Source: Christensenella sp. UBA6420 | GTDB lineage: Bacteria; Bacillota; Clostridia; Christensenellales; DTU072 | DNA: 48,170 nt | Reading direction: 5' to 3' | Assembly: GCA_002439705.1 (NCBI GenBank) | Contig: DJPE01000014.1 | Span: 321 to 48,490 of the forward strand | Shown here: in pieces, positions 27,471 through 35,867 of the stretch | Position numbering within the stretch: the stretch's first letter is position 1 | Layout: each line of letters opens with the position of its first letter | The notes under the pieces: model-generated | Databases searched by the model: none | What the model was told of the DNA's origin: nothing | The model's input: the letters and a program-made list of their open reading frames with translations, nothing else | Position numbers and translations under genes: made by a program

Positions 27471-27942
27471 TTGCGCTCGTATCCTTGAAGTTAAAATTAA
27501 ATACGGGTTGTATCTGAGCTTGTCCCGTATCCGAGTCGATTTTGTCTTTCCAAACTTTCGGACGTTGATTTTTCAGCCAAAACTTTTGAGCTTCGACGAC
27601 GGGCGGAATATAAACTTCTTCGTATGCGTCGATAACGGTCTCTTCTTCTGCTACGACTTTGCCGTTTTCATAAATTTTTTTCTTGACTTTTATAGGCTTA
27701 ATTACCTTAACTTTTTTCCCTATACACGACGAATACAACGCGCCTTCAACTTCATCGGTCGCAATTTCTCGCGTGCGCGTTATTATCTCATCGAACTCTT
27801 TATGCTCTTTTTTGTATTTATAAAAAGTAGCTTCGCTTATACCTAATTTTTCTATTATCTCGTTATTAAGAAGTCCTTTACTTATCCAAGAACTAATTAA
27901 GTCTAAATTATCAAGTATAGTTTCTTTATATTTACTTTTCAC
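27451..27942 (-). CDS. terS: Terminase small subunit (HTH type)
   Basis: 163 aa, GTG start with AGGAGG RBS. N-terminal HTH (NNEIIEKLGISEATFYKYKK). Immediately upstream of terL. Confidence 0.7.
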   Translation of the reverse strand: MKSKYKETILDNLDLISSWISKGLLNNEIIEKLGISEATFYKYKKEHKEFDEIITRTREIATDEVEGALYSSCIGKKVKVIKPIKVKKKIYENGKVVAEEETVIDAYEEVYIPPVVEAQKFWLKNQRPKVWKDKIDSDTGQAQIQPVFNFNFKDTSANDGTNG

Positions 27943-27981
27943 TTAATTACCTCCTGTATAGTTTTTTATTTTATAAATTAC

Positions 27982-28009
27982 AAAAGAAAAGCACCCTTTC
28001 GGGTGCCTT
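27982..28009 (-). terminator. Rho-independent terminator closing cassette B
   Basis: Minus strand reads GCACCC-GAAA-GGGTGC followed by TTTTCTTTTG. Same design as 16468-16493. Confidence 0.7.
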
Positions 28010-28161
28010 ATGAATTTACTATTTTTATGGACTTTTACCAATCTATCATATAACTGCGAAACGTAACTTCTCTGCGTGGGTCGCCGAACTCAGTGCAACT
28101 TGCCCAATACTCCATTTCTTTACGTCCTTCTTCGCTTATTTTGCCATCAGGTCCTAAAATT

Positions 28162-28365
28162 TTATAAATCTTCTTCACACAAATGATAAATAGTATCGCT
28201 TGATACTCCGTACTCTGAAAATACGGCTTCTAAATTTTTCCGAAGCTCTTTGAGCGGAATACCGTTAAAATATTTATTTGCTTTTTCTTGCGTCATTCTA
28301 ACACTATCTACTATCATACCCTGCCTCCTATAATTCGCTATATTTTGATTTATGTACTCTCCCAC
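28162..28365 (-). CDS. Small hypothetical protein (67 aa), unique to cassette B
   Basis: ORF only. No motif recognised. Confidence 0.45.
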   Translation of the reverse strand: MGEYINQNIANYRRQGMIVDSVRMTQEKANKYFNGIPLKELRKNLEAVFSEYGVSSDTIYHLCEEDL

Positions 28366-28402
28366 TTTTTAGTGCTTGCTTATAGGCATTCCGAACCGTA
28401 AT

Positions 28403-28675
28403 TTATTCCTCATCTAAACCATAATTGTCTAATTCGGCAGCAAAATCCATTATCAATTCAAATTTATCATGAGCCAAGAAGCGCGTCTCTAAATCACATT
28501 CGTTACTGTACAAATATCTTATATCTATATCATTATCTTTAATGAATTGAGTGACTATGGGTATTCTTTCAGGATGTCGCAAACAAGATATCCGCACCAT
28601 AATTAAACTATCTTCCTTATCGTTTATTTCATCAATAAGGTTAATGAAGTCTTGAATTTCTTTTTCAGTTATCAT
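28403..28675 (-). CDS. Conserved 90-aa acidic protein, copy B (unknown function)
   Basis: MITEKEIQDFINLIDEINDKEDSLIMVRISCLRHPERIPIVTQFIKDNDIDIRYLYSNECDLETRFLAHDKFELIMDFAAELDNYGLDEE. Same RBS context as copy A. Confidence 0.7.
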   Translation of the reverse strand: MITEKEIQDFINLIDEINDKEDSLIMVRISCLRHPERIPIVTQFIKDNDIDIRYLYSNECDLETRFLAHDKFELIMDFAAELDNYGLDEE

Positions 28676-28695
28676 TTTTCTCTCTCCATAATATT
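28403..28695 (-). repeat. 293-bp direct repeat, copy B (partner at 16516-16808)
   Basis: See copy A. The offset between copies is 11887 bp. Confidence 0.85.
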
Positions 28696-29057
28696 TTATA
28701 TCTGAAATCTTCATTACTTCCATACAGTTTCACACCATATATATACTCAAATGTATATATTACAAACTCCGCATACCCTTTTTTTTCAAGCTCTTGTCTT
28801 ACCGTACTTATTCTATCAAACACCGCGCTTTCGATGCGTAACTTATCGGCTTGATATTTGCTACCCGCTTCTTTTTGTCGATTTTCGTTTACGCGAGCGT
28901 TTATGCTATCGGATAATTCTCGTCTTTGTCGTTTGACTCTCTCGGCTACGGCTACGAGTCTATCTATATCGATCGCTCCCGACACGGATACTCCGTTCTT
29001 ATCGGTAAACTTCCCGTCACCGTCCCTCGGATGCTCACTCTCCCTAAATACGCTCAT
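28665..29057 (-). CDS. HPRDGDGKF-motif protein B (130 aa, unknown function)
   Basis: MSVFRESEHPRDGDGKFTDK..., then a sequence unrelated to protein A. GGAGG RBS. Confidence 0.65.
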   Translation of the reverse strand: MSVFRESEHPRDGDGKFTDKNGVSVSGAIDIDRLVAVAERVKRQRRELSDSINARVNENRQKEAGSKYQADKLRIESAVFDRISTVRQELEKKGYAEFVIYTFEYIYGVKLYGSNEDFRYKILWREKNDN

Positions 29058-29084
29058 AGTATACCATACCTCCGCTTTCTCTGC

Positions 29085-29120
29085 AATAAAAAAGGCGAAG
29101 ATTTTTACATCCTCGCCTTT
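29085..29120 (-). terminator. Terminator-like hairpin upstream of cassette B (after the late-regulator gene)
   Basis: Minus strand reads AAGGCGA...TCGCCTT with a long loop, followed by TTTTTTATT. Confidence 0.45.
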
Positions 29121-29209
29121 CTGCCGACATTATCATAACATAATTATCGGCGGGGGTGTCGGGGGAAAAGTGGGGTTTTTGTGGGAAGTTTTACGCGTAT
29201 TTCAATTCG

Positions 29210-29686
29210 CTATACGTCTTCCGATATAACGTCCGTATTGTCTCTCTTCTCGTCGTTATTATCCGCGTCAAATTCGGACCACATCGCCGAAAACGGCTCA
29301 ATCTCTCTTATTGCTTCGTTAAACAATTCTTTCCTTACGTAACTCGTTTCGTAATCGAGATATCGCGCTATTCGACGCCAGTCTTCGCCGAGAATATATC
29401 GACGCTTTAATAATACCCGCGACAAATTGCTCACTTCGGGGTTACTTGCTATCTTTGCAATAACTTCTTTGTATTTCATAAGCCGCGTCAATTCCCGCTG
29501 TAAATCGACTTGCATTGCGGCTAAGCGTATGCGCTTGTCAATCTCGCGGTTCTCTCTGACTGAGCTTTTTCCCCGCTCCGTCGGTTGCTGCGGATGGGGA
29601 TAAAGAAGACGCTCTATGCACTCCTGCGTCGTCTGAATGTTTTGGTTTATGTATCGTGCTTTCGCTAAAAACTCTTTTGCCGTCAT
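29210..29686 (-). CDS. Putative late-gene transcriptional regulator (sigma-70 region-4 / ArpU-RinA-like)
   Basis: 158 aa. C-terminal HTH-like LLKRRYILGEDWRRIARYLDYETSYVRKEL. It occupies the usual position upstream of the packaging genes. Confidence 0.4.
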   Translation of the reverse strand: MTAKEFLAKARYINQNIQTTQECIERLLYPHPQQPTERGKSSVRENREIDKRIRLAAMQVDLQRELTRLMKYKEVIAKIASNPEVSNLSRVLLKRRYILGEDWRRIARYLDYETSYVRKELFNEAIREIEPFSAMWSEFDADNNDEKRDNTDVISEDV

Positions 29687-29699
29687 ATTTCTTATCCTT

Positions 29700-31319
29700 C
29701 TATATTGCCATTTTGTGATGTAATTCGTTCAACGTTGTTATATTTGTTCTAAGACATTCATTCGGAAGATTTGCTCTTGCCATAGCTTCAGCTATGACCG
29801 GACATACTGCGTTGCCACATCTCGCCACTTGGTCTGCACGACTTATTGGTCTTCCGTTTTCATCACGGTCTATAATATAGTCATGCGGAAATCCCATGGC
29901 ATCATATAACTCTCTCGGCGTAAGCATTCTCAACCCTATGTCTGAAATAAAAAACAACTCTCCTTTTATTCTTAAAAGCAAGACCTCGTCTTCTCTAATA
30001 GAATATCCGCAAAAACTATTTAAAAGGTCTCTTATCATACTCCAGTTACCATATGCTTGCGAATTTTCGGCTTTAACAAGCAAGATGTTCGCCGCAGCAT
30101 ACTTCTCCCGTGCCATAACTGTCATTAAAGGTTCTTGTACGGACTGTCCTTTATCTGCCCCTCTAAAATCTACGAGATATGCTGCAATTAACGAATTATG
30201 GTCTATTGCCGTTACTGTCGGCAATGGCTCTGTTATTTCATTCCCATCTACTCCCGTATAATATTTTTGTATAAATGCAGAAACGACGCCTTCTCTTTCC
30301 ATTGTCGTTATCGTCGCAAGTGGTTTGCGAACGTCATGGTAATGTCCATCCCCGGAAAAATATTGTGTAAGATGTACCGCTGATAAATAATTCTTTGAAC
30401 CGGACGTTACCACAGGTAATGGTTGATTTACATCCGAACCTTTATCGTTAAAATTATTCACCATAATCGTCGGTGCTGTTGAATCAACAATAAATGGACT
30501 CTTTGACTTCAGTACAAATTTATCTACACCTAAAGCTATGCGTCTAAGCGTATTTGTCTTTAACGGACGCATACAATTAACTCCGTAAGTTTCTTTTAAT
30601 TCCTGTTTCGTAGCAAAAATCGAGTAACATGGTAATTTAAAATCGATGATATCCGCTGCAGCTTTCCACGGCTTTAATTTACCGCATCTAACTTCTATAC
30701 TATTAATCGGAGCATGTGTCTTTTTCGGGAATACAATTGGTTTGCCATCACACCGTGCGATAAGACAAAATCTCGTTCGCGTCGTTGGCGCACCATAATC
30801 GGCAGCACACAAATTCTTTGTTCCTATCTCATAACCCAAGTCCGAAAGTTGAGTCTTCCATTTATTGTAAGTTTGTCCCGCTTTGCTTTTTACAGGCTTT
30901 CCGTTCCGCACCGGTCCCCATGTTACAAATTCAGGTACATTTTCAAGCATTATGATATCAGGACGTACAGCCGCTGCCCAACGCAATACGACCCACGCAA
31001 GTCCTCTTATTTTTTTATCAACGAGCGCCGCACCCTTCGCACGCGAAAAATGTTTACAGTCGGGAGAAAACCACGCGAGACGTACATTTCGACCACGGCA
31101 AACTTCTTTCGGGTCAACAGCCCATATATCTTCACGATAATGTTCTGTGTATGGGTGGTTCATTTTATGCATCAAAATCGCACTTTCATTGTGATTTATC
31201 GCTATATCTACGGGATGCCCGGTCGCTAATTCAAGTCCTGTAGATGCGCCTCCGCCACCTGCAAAATTATCGACGATAATATCATCAAATATTCCTATCT
31301 GTTTGTTGCATCTTATCAT
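29700..31319 (-). CDS. DNA (cytosine-5)-methyltransferase, orphan, with a long variable region
   Basis: Motif I DNFAGGGGAS, motif IV FSPDCKHFS, motif VI ENVPEF, TTRTRF, motif X GNAVCP. About 290 aa lie between motif VIII and motifs IX/X. No adjacent restriction gene. Confidence 0.9.
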   Translation of the reverse strand: MIRCNKQIGIFDDIIVDNFAGGGGASTGLELATGHPVDIAINHNESAILMHKMNHPYTEHYREDIWAVDPKEVCRGRNVRLAWFSPDCKHFSRAKGAALVDKKIRGLAWVVLRWAAAVRPDIIMLENVPEFVTWGPVRNGKPVKSKAGQTYNKWKTQLSDLGYEIGTKNLCAADYGAPTTRTRFCLIARCDGKPIVFPKKTHAPINSIEVRCGKLKPWKAAADIIDFKLPCYSIFATKQELKETYGVNCMRPLKTNTLRRIALGVDKFVLKSKSPFIVDSTAPTIMVNNFNDKGSDVNQPLPVVTSGSKNYLSAVHLTQYFSGDGHYHDVRKPLATITTMEREGVVSAFIQKYYTGVDGNEITEPLPTVTAIDHNSLIAAYLVDFRGADKGQSVQEPLMTVMAREKYAAANILLVKAENSQAYGNWSMIRDLLNSFCGYSIREDEVLLLRIKGELFFISDIGLRMLTPRELYDAMGFPHDYIIDRDENGRPISRADQVARCGNAVCPVIAEAMARANLPNECLRTNITTLNELHHKMAI

Positions 31320-31524
31320 TTTTTCTTCTCCTTATTTTCTTAATTATCGCGTCCGTTATTTCTATTCCGGTAGTGATAATCACACATCCCGCTATCGGCA
31401 TATAAAGCCATAACATCGGTATATCTTTTATTTCTGCCACGTTAAGAATAAACAACGTGATTTCGATTAAGGCAAAGACTGCCGTAATAACGTTAAGAAG
31501 AATATCTTTCATTTTATTTTTCAT
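31285..31524 (-). CDS. Small membrane protein (2 TM), hypothetical
   Basis: 79 aa with hydrophobic segments ILLNVITAVFALIEITLFIL and MLWLYMPIAGCVIITTGI. Confidence 0.45.
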   Translation of the reverse strand: MKNKMKDILLNVITAVFALIEITLFILNVAEIKDIPMLWLYMPIAGCVIITTGIEITDAIIKKIRRRKNDKMQQTDRNI

Positions 31525-31873
31525 CCTTCTTTCTCCTCTTCTTTTCTTTCAACACGTACTCTTTCGCATACGGCTTGCCGTCGGCTTTATACTTGCGACA
31601 TTTTTCTCCTTCGTTACAGTATTCGGCAAGCTCACAACGTTCGCAATCATATTTTGCGGCTACCTTTGCAGCGACGTTCATTGCCGATGCGTACGCTTGT
31701 CTCTCTTTCCGGGTAAGTTTGCTTTCGCTACCTATGGGACTACCCGAACCCAAATACCAGGTTCTTATCTGCGGCATATCCTCTCCTTCGACGAGAAATA
31801 TAGTTCTACGTCTTCCTTCCTTGCGTAAAAAAATAAAAATTTCGCCGTTTCTTCTTTCGTTGCATTGCTGCAA
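31514..31873 (-). CDS. Hypothetical Cys-containing basic protein
   Basis: Track ORF of 119 aa. A more likely start is Met33 (ATG 31777-31775, GGAGAGG RBS), giving MPQIRTWYLG.... Contains CERCELAEYCNEGEKC. Confidence 0.4.
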   Translation of the reverse strand: MQQCNERRNGEIFIFLRKEGRRRTIFLVEGEDMPQIRTWYLGSGSPIGSESKLTRKERQAYASAMNVAAKVAAKYDCERCELAEYCNEGEKCRKYKADGKPYAKEYVLKEKKRRKKDEK

Positions 31874-31934
31874 AATACTTTTGCTTTAAGTTCTTCTCTT
31901 CCGATTTTACGTTCATCCGTTACGCTATCTGTCG

Positions 31935-32756
31935 TCATTGCGATTCATCCTCCCACTCGTTAAAATTAACGACGACGCTTTGAAGTTGTTCGTCGGTATA
32001 TTCGTGCCTATGTATTTCTTCCGCCGCAGTAGACCCTTTCGGCTTTCCGTATGCGTCGTAATACCCTGCGATTATCTTGTCATAATATTTCAAATACTTC
32101 GAAAGATACTTCCATTGTCGCAAATACGGCGTAGTCTTTACCTTGTCTATTAAACTTACGAAATCAACGTTACTCGGTACTTCGCAATCGACTTCAATAC
32201 CTGCGTTGCTTAGGAGAGAGAGACTTTCTTCACGCGCTTGCGCGCTTATCTCTCTTCCTTTCTTTTCTTTTCTTTCTTCTATTAGACCGTAGTCTTCTCG
32301 TAGTCCTACTGTAGTCCTATTGTAATCGTATCGTAGAGCCTTATCGGAGCGTAGTTCTTCCCCTACCCCACGCATAGGTGGGGACGGAAGTTTACTTGGT
32401 ATCGGCTTCTGAATAGACTGCCACTTAGTCCAGTTCTCGAACAAGTAGTACCAGCGACCTCCGACTTCGTAATATCTAACGGACAACTTATGGCTTGCGT
32501 CTTCTCGGGCTTTATTAGAGTCGGTATCCACGGACTCCTTATGACCGATTTCTTGCAAGGCTTTATCGATGTCGGCTACTCTTAGTTCATCGTATGGAAG
32601 GATACGGCTTTTCAATAACTGCGGGTTTAGTATACCTCTGCCGTCGTCGTCTGCCTGGCTTATCATTCCTATAAAAAGGACCTTTGCCAGGAGCGACAAT
32701 TCTCCGAAGCTCTGACTTTCCCACATTTCGGGAGAAATCATTCGCTTCCTTGCCAT
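31935..32756 (-). CDS. Putative replication initiator / replisome organiser
   Basis: 273 aa. The N-terminus RMISPEMWESQSFGELSLLAKVLFIGMISQADDDGRG is of a type I associate with phage replication-organiser proteins. Iterons lie in the central linker coding region. Confidence 0.45.
   Translation of the reverse strand: MARKRMISPEMWESQSFGELSLLAKVLFIGMISQADDDGRGILNPQLLKSRILPYDELRVADIDKALQEIGHKESVDTDSNKAREDASHKLSVRYYEVGGRWYYLFENWTKWQSIQKPIPSKLPSPPMRGVGEELRSDKALRYDYNRTTVGLREDYGLIEERKEKKGREISAQAREESLSLLSNAGIEVDCEVPSNVDFVSLIDKVKTTPYLRQWKYLSKYLKYYDKIIAGYYDAYGKPKGSTAAEEIHRHEYTDEQLQSVVVNFNEWEDESQ
32289..32383. repeat. Putative phage origin: five GTA-hexamers phased at exactly 11 bp, plus a sixth copy and an adjacent inverted repeat
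   Basis: gtagtc at 32289, gtagtc at 32300, gtagtc at 32311, gtaatc at 32322, gtagag at 32333, gtagtt at 32351, then ccccac-gcatag-gtgggg at 32366-32383. Confidence 0.5.
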
Positions 32757-32774
32757 CGTGTTTTTTTAGACCTC

Positions 32775-33320
32775 CTAAACGTTTAATATTTCTTTGACTT
32801 TGTTCCCCAGTATGTCGACTATTAACTGCGGAGAAGTCTGTTTATCCGTAAAATGGACGTGTAAATCGTATCGACTCATGAAGGCTAACAAAGAACCTTT
32901 CATCGCTTTCGACGTAACGAGAGAATTGTAATTTCCGGCGTTAATCGAATTCCAACTTCCACTCTCTATAACGAGATGTTTCTCTGCGCCTTTCATCTTT
33001 TCAAGTTCGTTCTCGAAACGGTCACGGTTACGACCTAAATTCCCTGCTAATTCTTCTATCGAATTCTTGCGTTCAACGAGTATTCCGCCTTCCTTGACGA
33101 GATTAAGATATATATCTTTTGCTATCCCTAATTCCGCGTTTTGGGGTATCATAACCGAATAATCACCGCACGGCAACGCTCTCGTTTTGTATTTCAGTTT
33201 CTTCTTCTCAAAATACGTTAAGATATGTTCGTTCGCTTGTTCCCTGGTATCTACAAGGAAGACGAGAGAGTGCAATATTTCGCTCGCTTCTTTCGGCGTA
33301 TAGTAATATAGATTAAGCAC
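32775..33320 (-). CDS. ERCC4 (XPF/Mus81)-type nuclease
   Basis: LVDTREQ...GDYSV...VERKNSIEELAGNL matches the ERCC4 GDxn-ERK signature. Confidence 0.7.
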   Translation of the reverse strand: MLNLYYYTPKEASEILHSLVFLVDTREQANEHILTYFEKKKLKYKTRALPCGDYSVMIPQNAELGIAKDIYLNLVKEGGILVERKNSIEELAGNLGRNRDRFENELEKMKGAEKHLVIESGSWNSINAGNYNSLVTSKAMKGSLLAFMSRYDLHVHFTDKQTSPQLIVDILGNKVKEILNV

Positions 33321-34083
33321 GTTTACCTTCCGTTACCGCGCATAGAGCGGCTATCAATTCGTTTGCTTCTGCAAGAGTCAACGCTTCTACTTTCTGCTTG
33401 CCGAACTTCTTGCTTATCCAAGCTATCACCTTATCAGTCATATTCGCTTCTTGCGCGTAATACCATATATCGTTTATAACGTCTTCATCAATGGTTACAG
33501 GCTTTTTCATCGGCTTCCTAGCAGACTGGTCGGAAAGGTCGTCAACTTGCGTTTTACGACCTGATTTATCAGTCCGCGGATACCTGAAAGCTAACGCTCC
33601 GTTTTGGTCCACTATTTCCAACTCCGAAATAGCTCCCGTATCGGTATACGCTATTCGCTTAACCGTAAAGTCGTAATATCCGTCCATCTTATGCGTTTTG
33701 CCGTCCTGCTTCGTCGGTACGGACACTTTTATAGTCGGCGCAGTATACAACTCTCTCCCGATACCAACGCAGAACCCTGCTCTTTTTAGAGCGTCGCTCG
33801 CTTCGCCTTTGACCTGATTACCTTCTGCGTCCTTACGGCTTTCTATACCGTTAGACCATTTCCAAACGAACGGAGAATTACTATCTTCTCTTATCCCGAT
33901 TCCGCAATACAAGACGTCGTCGATATCTTTGTAATCGTTTTGCCAGTTCATAGGTCCGAACGTTTCGTCGAGAATAGCCATATCGGTACGGGCGTTTTTA
34001 TAAAGCAATAAATACGCTCCGCCGTTTACGACCTGCTTTACTTTGGTTTCTATCTCGTCGGCTCTTAATTTTCGAATTTGCAT
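33313..34083 (-). CDS. Rad52/Sak-type single-strand annealing protein
   Basis: KGEASDALKRAGFCVGIGRELY is a signature typical of phage Rad52-family SSAPs. Confidence 0.75.
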   Translation of the reverse strand: MQIRKLRADEIETKVKQVVNGGAYLLLYKNARTDMAILDETFGPMNWQNDYKDIDDVLYCGIGIREDSNSPFVWKWSNGIESRKDAEGNQVKGEASDALKRAGFCVGIGRELYTAPTIKVSVPTKQDGKTHKMDGYYDFTVKRIAYTDTGAISELEIVDQNGALAFRYPRTDKSGRKTQVDDLSDQSARKPMKKPVTIDEDVINDIWYYAQEANMTDKVIAWISKKFGKQKVEALTLAEANELIAALCAVTEGKRA

Positions 34084-34092
34084 TTGTACCTC

Positions 34093-34611
34093 CTATTTAA
34101 TCTGAATATTTCTATGCGTTTCCACGATTGCTCCCGTAACCGCTTCTCCCGCTTTAATAGCTTTCTTAATCGCCGCAAGGTCGGGTTTCTTTTCAAGTTT
34201 AGTTATCACGTATTGAGTGGGCAAGAGTTCTTCGTCGTATACGTTCACGCTTTGGCTATTTCGGAACGATACGGCGTGTTTCGCGTTTTCGAAACGGTCG
34301 CGCCCGGCAAAAGCAAGCGCTTCACTTAGATACGCTTTAAGGCTTTCTATCTTCTTCTCTTTCGCTTTTCTTCGTTCGGCAAGGGCTTTTTCTTGCTCTT
34401 TAAGCGCGTTAACCAAAACGGAAAGGTTTTTTACGTAGCTTACGATATTGTCTACTTTCGTATCGAAAGACACGTTAAGTTCTTGCAAATATTCGTCCAC
34501 TTTGATTTGGTCGATTTCACCGTCTTCGTTTATGCAACGTTCGGTAAAACCTTGTTCAAAAATTGTATTCATTTCGTTAGAAATTTGAAAGAGTGTAAAA
34601 TCATTATTCAT
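34093..34611 (-). CDS. Siphovirus Gp157-like protein
   Basis: 172 aa, coiled-coil centre, C-terminal KKPDLAAIKKAIKAGEAVTGAIVETHRNIQIK typical of the family. Adjacent to the SSAP gene. Confidence 0.7.
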   Translation of the reverse strand: MNNDFTLFQISNEMNTIFEQGFTERCINEDGEIDQIKVDEYLQELNVSFDTKVDNIVSYVKNLSVLVNALKEQEKALAERRKAKEKKIESLKAYLSEALAFAGRDRFENAKHAVSFRNSQSVNVYDEELLPTQYVITKLEKKPDLAAIKKAIKAGEAVTGAIVETHRNIQIK

Positions 34612-35066
34612 ATAGCTTTCTCCTTTACGTATTCGGAAAATTCCGATAAATAAGTTTTTATATACGCCTTTAAGCGTTTATTTAAGTGTTCTGCGGCTTG
34701 CGGTATCGACACGGCTTCTTCCAAAGCGGTCACGAGAATTTCTTTTCGCTCCGCATCGTCTAAAAGAGTGTTTATAAGTTCGTCCGTAATTCCTTGTTCT
34801 TCGGTAAAATCAAGCGCTGTCGACAAGTCAGCCTTGTCGTTAAGACACTTTACGCAAATACCGTCGTAAACGTCGTCTTCGTCGTACCACTCGCCGCATT
34901 CTTCGCATTGTTTTGCCGCTACGAGGTCGGTGGAATGACAAAACGGACATTCGTCTTCGTAATCGTATCCGCTCGCCAAAGTATTCCCTCTTACTTCGTC
35001 GTATCTTCGGCTTTGCTCCGCTTCGCTTTCGGGAAAAGCCGTTTCGCAATTTCTACAAAAGTACAT
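34608..35066 (-). CDS. Zinc-ribbon protein, hypothetical
   Basis: CRNC...CPFC...CEEC...CVKC cysteine pairs. 152 aa. Confidence 0.5.
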   Translation of the reverse strand: MYFCRNCETAFPESEAEQSRRYDEVRGNTLASGYDYEDECPFCHSTDLVAAKQCEECGEWYDEDDVYDGICVKCLNDKADLSTALDFTEEQGITDELINTLLDDAERKEILVTALEEAVSIPQAAEHLNKRLKAYIKTYLSEFSEYVKEKAI

Positions 35067-35123
35067 TTATACCTCCGATGTTTTTCTTATTCGCTCTACG
35101 CTACGTTCCGTTAATTAAAGTTT

Positions 35124-35258
35124 TTAGTCTTTCTCCGTCCCTTCCGTATCGGCATACGTCGGCTTTTTCCTTAACGGCGCTGCCTTCCGTAGTTTTGCAA
35201 AAGCGATAGACAAAGCTAAAATTTCAAATATCGTTATAAATATAAGTACGAGTTTCAT
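35124..35258 (-). CDS. Small membrane peptide (44 aa), below the ORF-track threshold
   Basis: My translation: MKLVLIFITIFEILALSIAFAKLRKAAPLRKKPTYADTEGTEKD. ATGA overlap with the upstream small ORF. Confidence 0.4.
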   Translation of the reverse strand: MKLVLIFITIFEILALSIAFAKLRKAAPLRKKPTYADTEGTEKD

Positions 35259-35356
35259 TTGTGCATTTTCTCAAACAACACGGCTACCATTACTCCAAGC
35301 GCAATTTCTACGCTTCCGCCGAGAATAACTAATAGCACGTAAAGAACTATCCGCAT
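35255..35356 (-). CDS. Small membrane peptide (33 aa), below the ORF-track threshold
   Basis: My translation: MRIVLYVLLVILGGSVEIALGVMVAVLFEKMHK. TAATG overlap with the upstream ORF. Confidence 0.4.
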   Translation of the reverse strand: MRIVLYVLLVILGGSVEIALGVMVAVLFEKMHK

Positions 35357-35610
35357 TACTTCACCCCATCGTACGTTGCGAAGTATTCCGCCATAAGTTC
35401 TTGTCTGCGTTTCTCAGCTCTTTCATACTTCGCGATTTTCCTTGCTTCTTCTGCATATTCGGGATAGAAAATTCGACGGGCTTCAAGTTGAACTTCAATA
35501 TTGTTCTCCGGGCGAATAATGCGACCGTTACGGAGCAATTCTTCCTCGCTCATTACCGTACCGTCTGCAAATTCGCACGTAATATTAAGTTGTCTTACAC
35601 GCTTTTTCAT
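35356..35610 (-). CDS. Hypothetical early protein (84 aa)
   Basis: ORF only. Confidence 0.45.
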   Translation of the reverse strand: MKKRVRQLNITCEFADGTVMSEEELLRNGRIIRPENNIEVQLEARRIFYPEYAEEARKIAKYERAEKRRQELMAEYFATYDGVK

Positions 35611-35657
35611 TGTTTCTCCGTTTTGTTTTCTATATGCCGTCCTATGCGTTTACGTTC

Positions 35658-35867
35658 CTATTTCTTGAAAAGATATTCGAGGGTTAAGTCCGGGAAGTAA
35701 GTTTCGCGTATTTTAAACATTTCTCCGGACTTAAATTCACTTTTACCGAGCATTTTTAGATTAAGTCCGCGTCCCGTGATATTAAGCAACTTTGCTAATT
35801 CCGTTTGAGTAATCTTTCGTTCTTTTAGTTCCGAATATAAATTCTTATACATTTTCTTTAACTCCAA
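35658..35867 (-). CDS. Cro-like XRE-family HTH regulator
   Basis: 69 aa with ITQTELAKLLNITGRGLNLKMLGK. Met6 (start at 35852) is an alternative start. Confidence 0.6.
   Translation of the reverse strand: MELKKMYKNLYSELKERKITQTELAKLLNITGRGLNLKMLGKSEFKSGEMFKIRETYFPDLTLEYLFKK

Noticed and set aside
28047-28127. 26-aa minus-strand mini-ORF (MEYWASCTEFGDPRREVTFRSYMIDW) between cassette B and its terminator
   Set aside because: No RBS, no coupling to neighbours and no hydrophobic or other informative feature. The evidence is insufficient.
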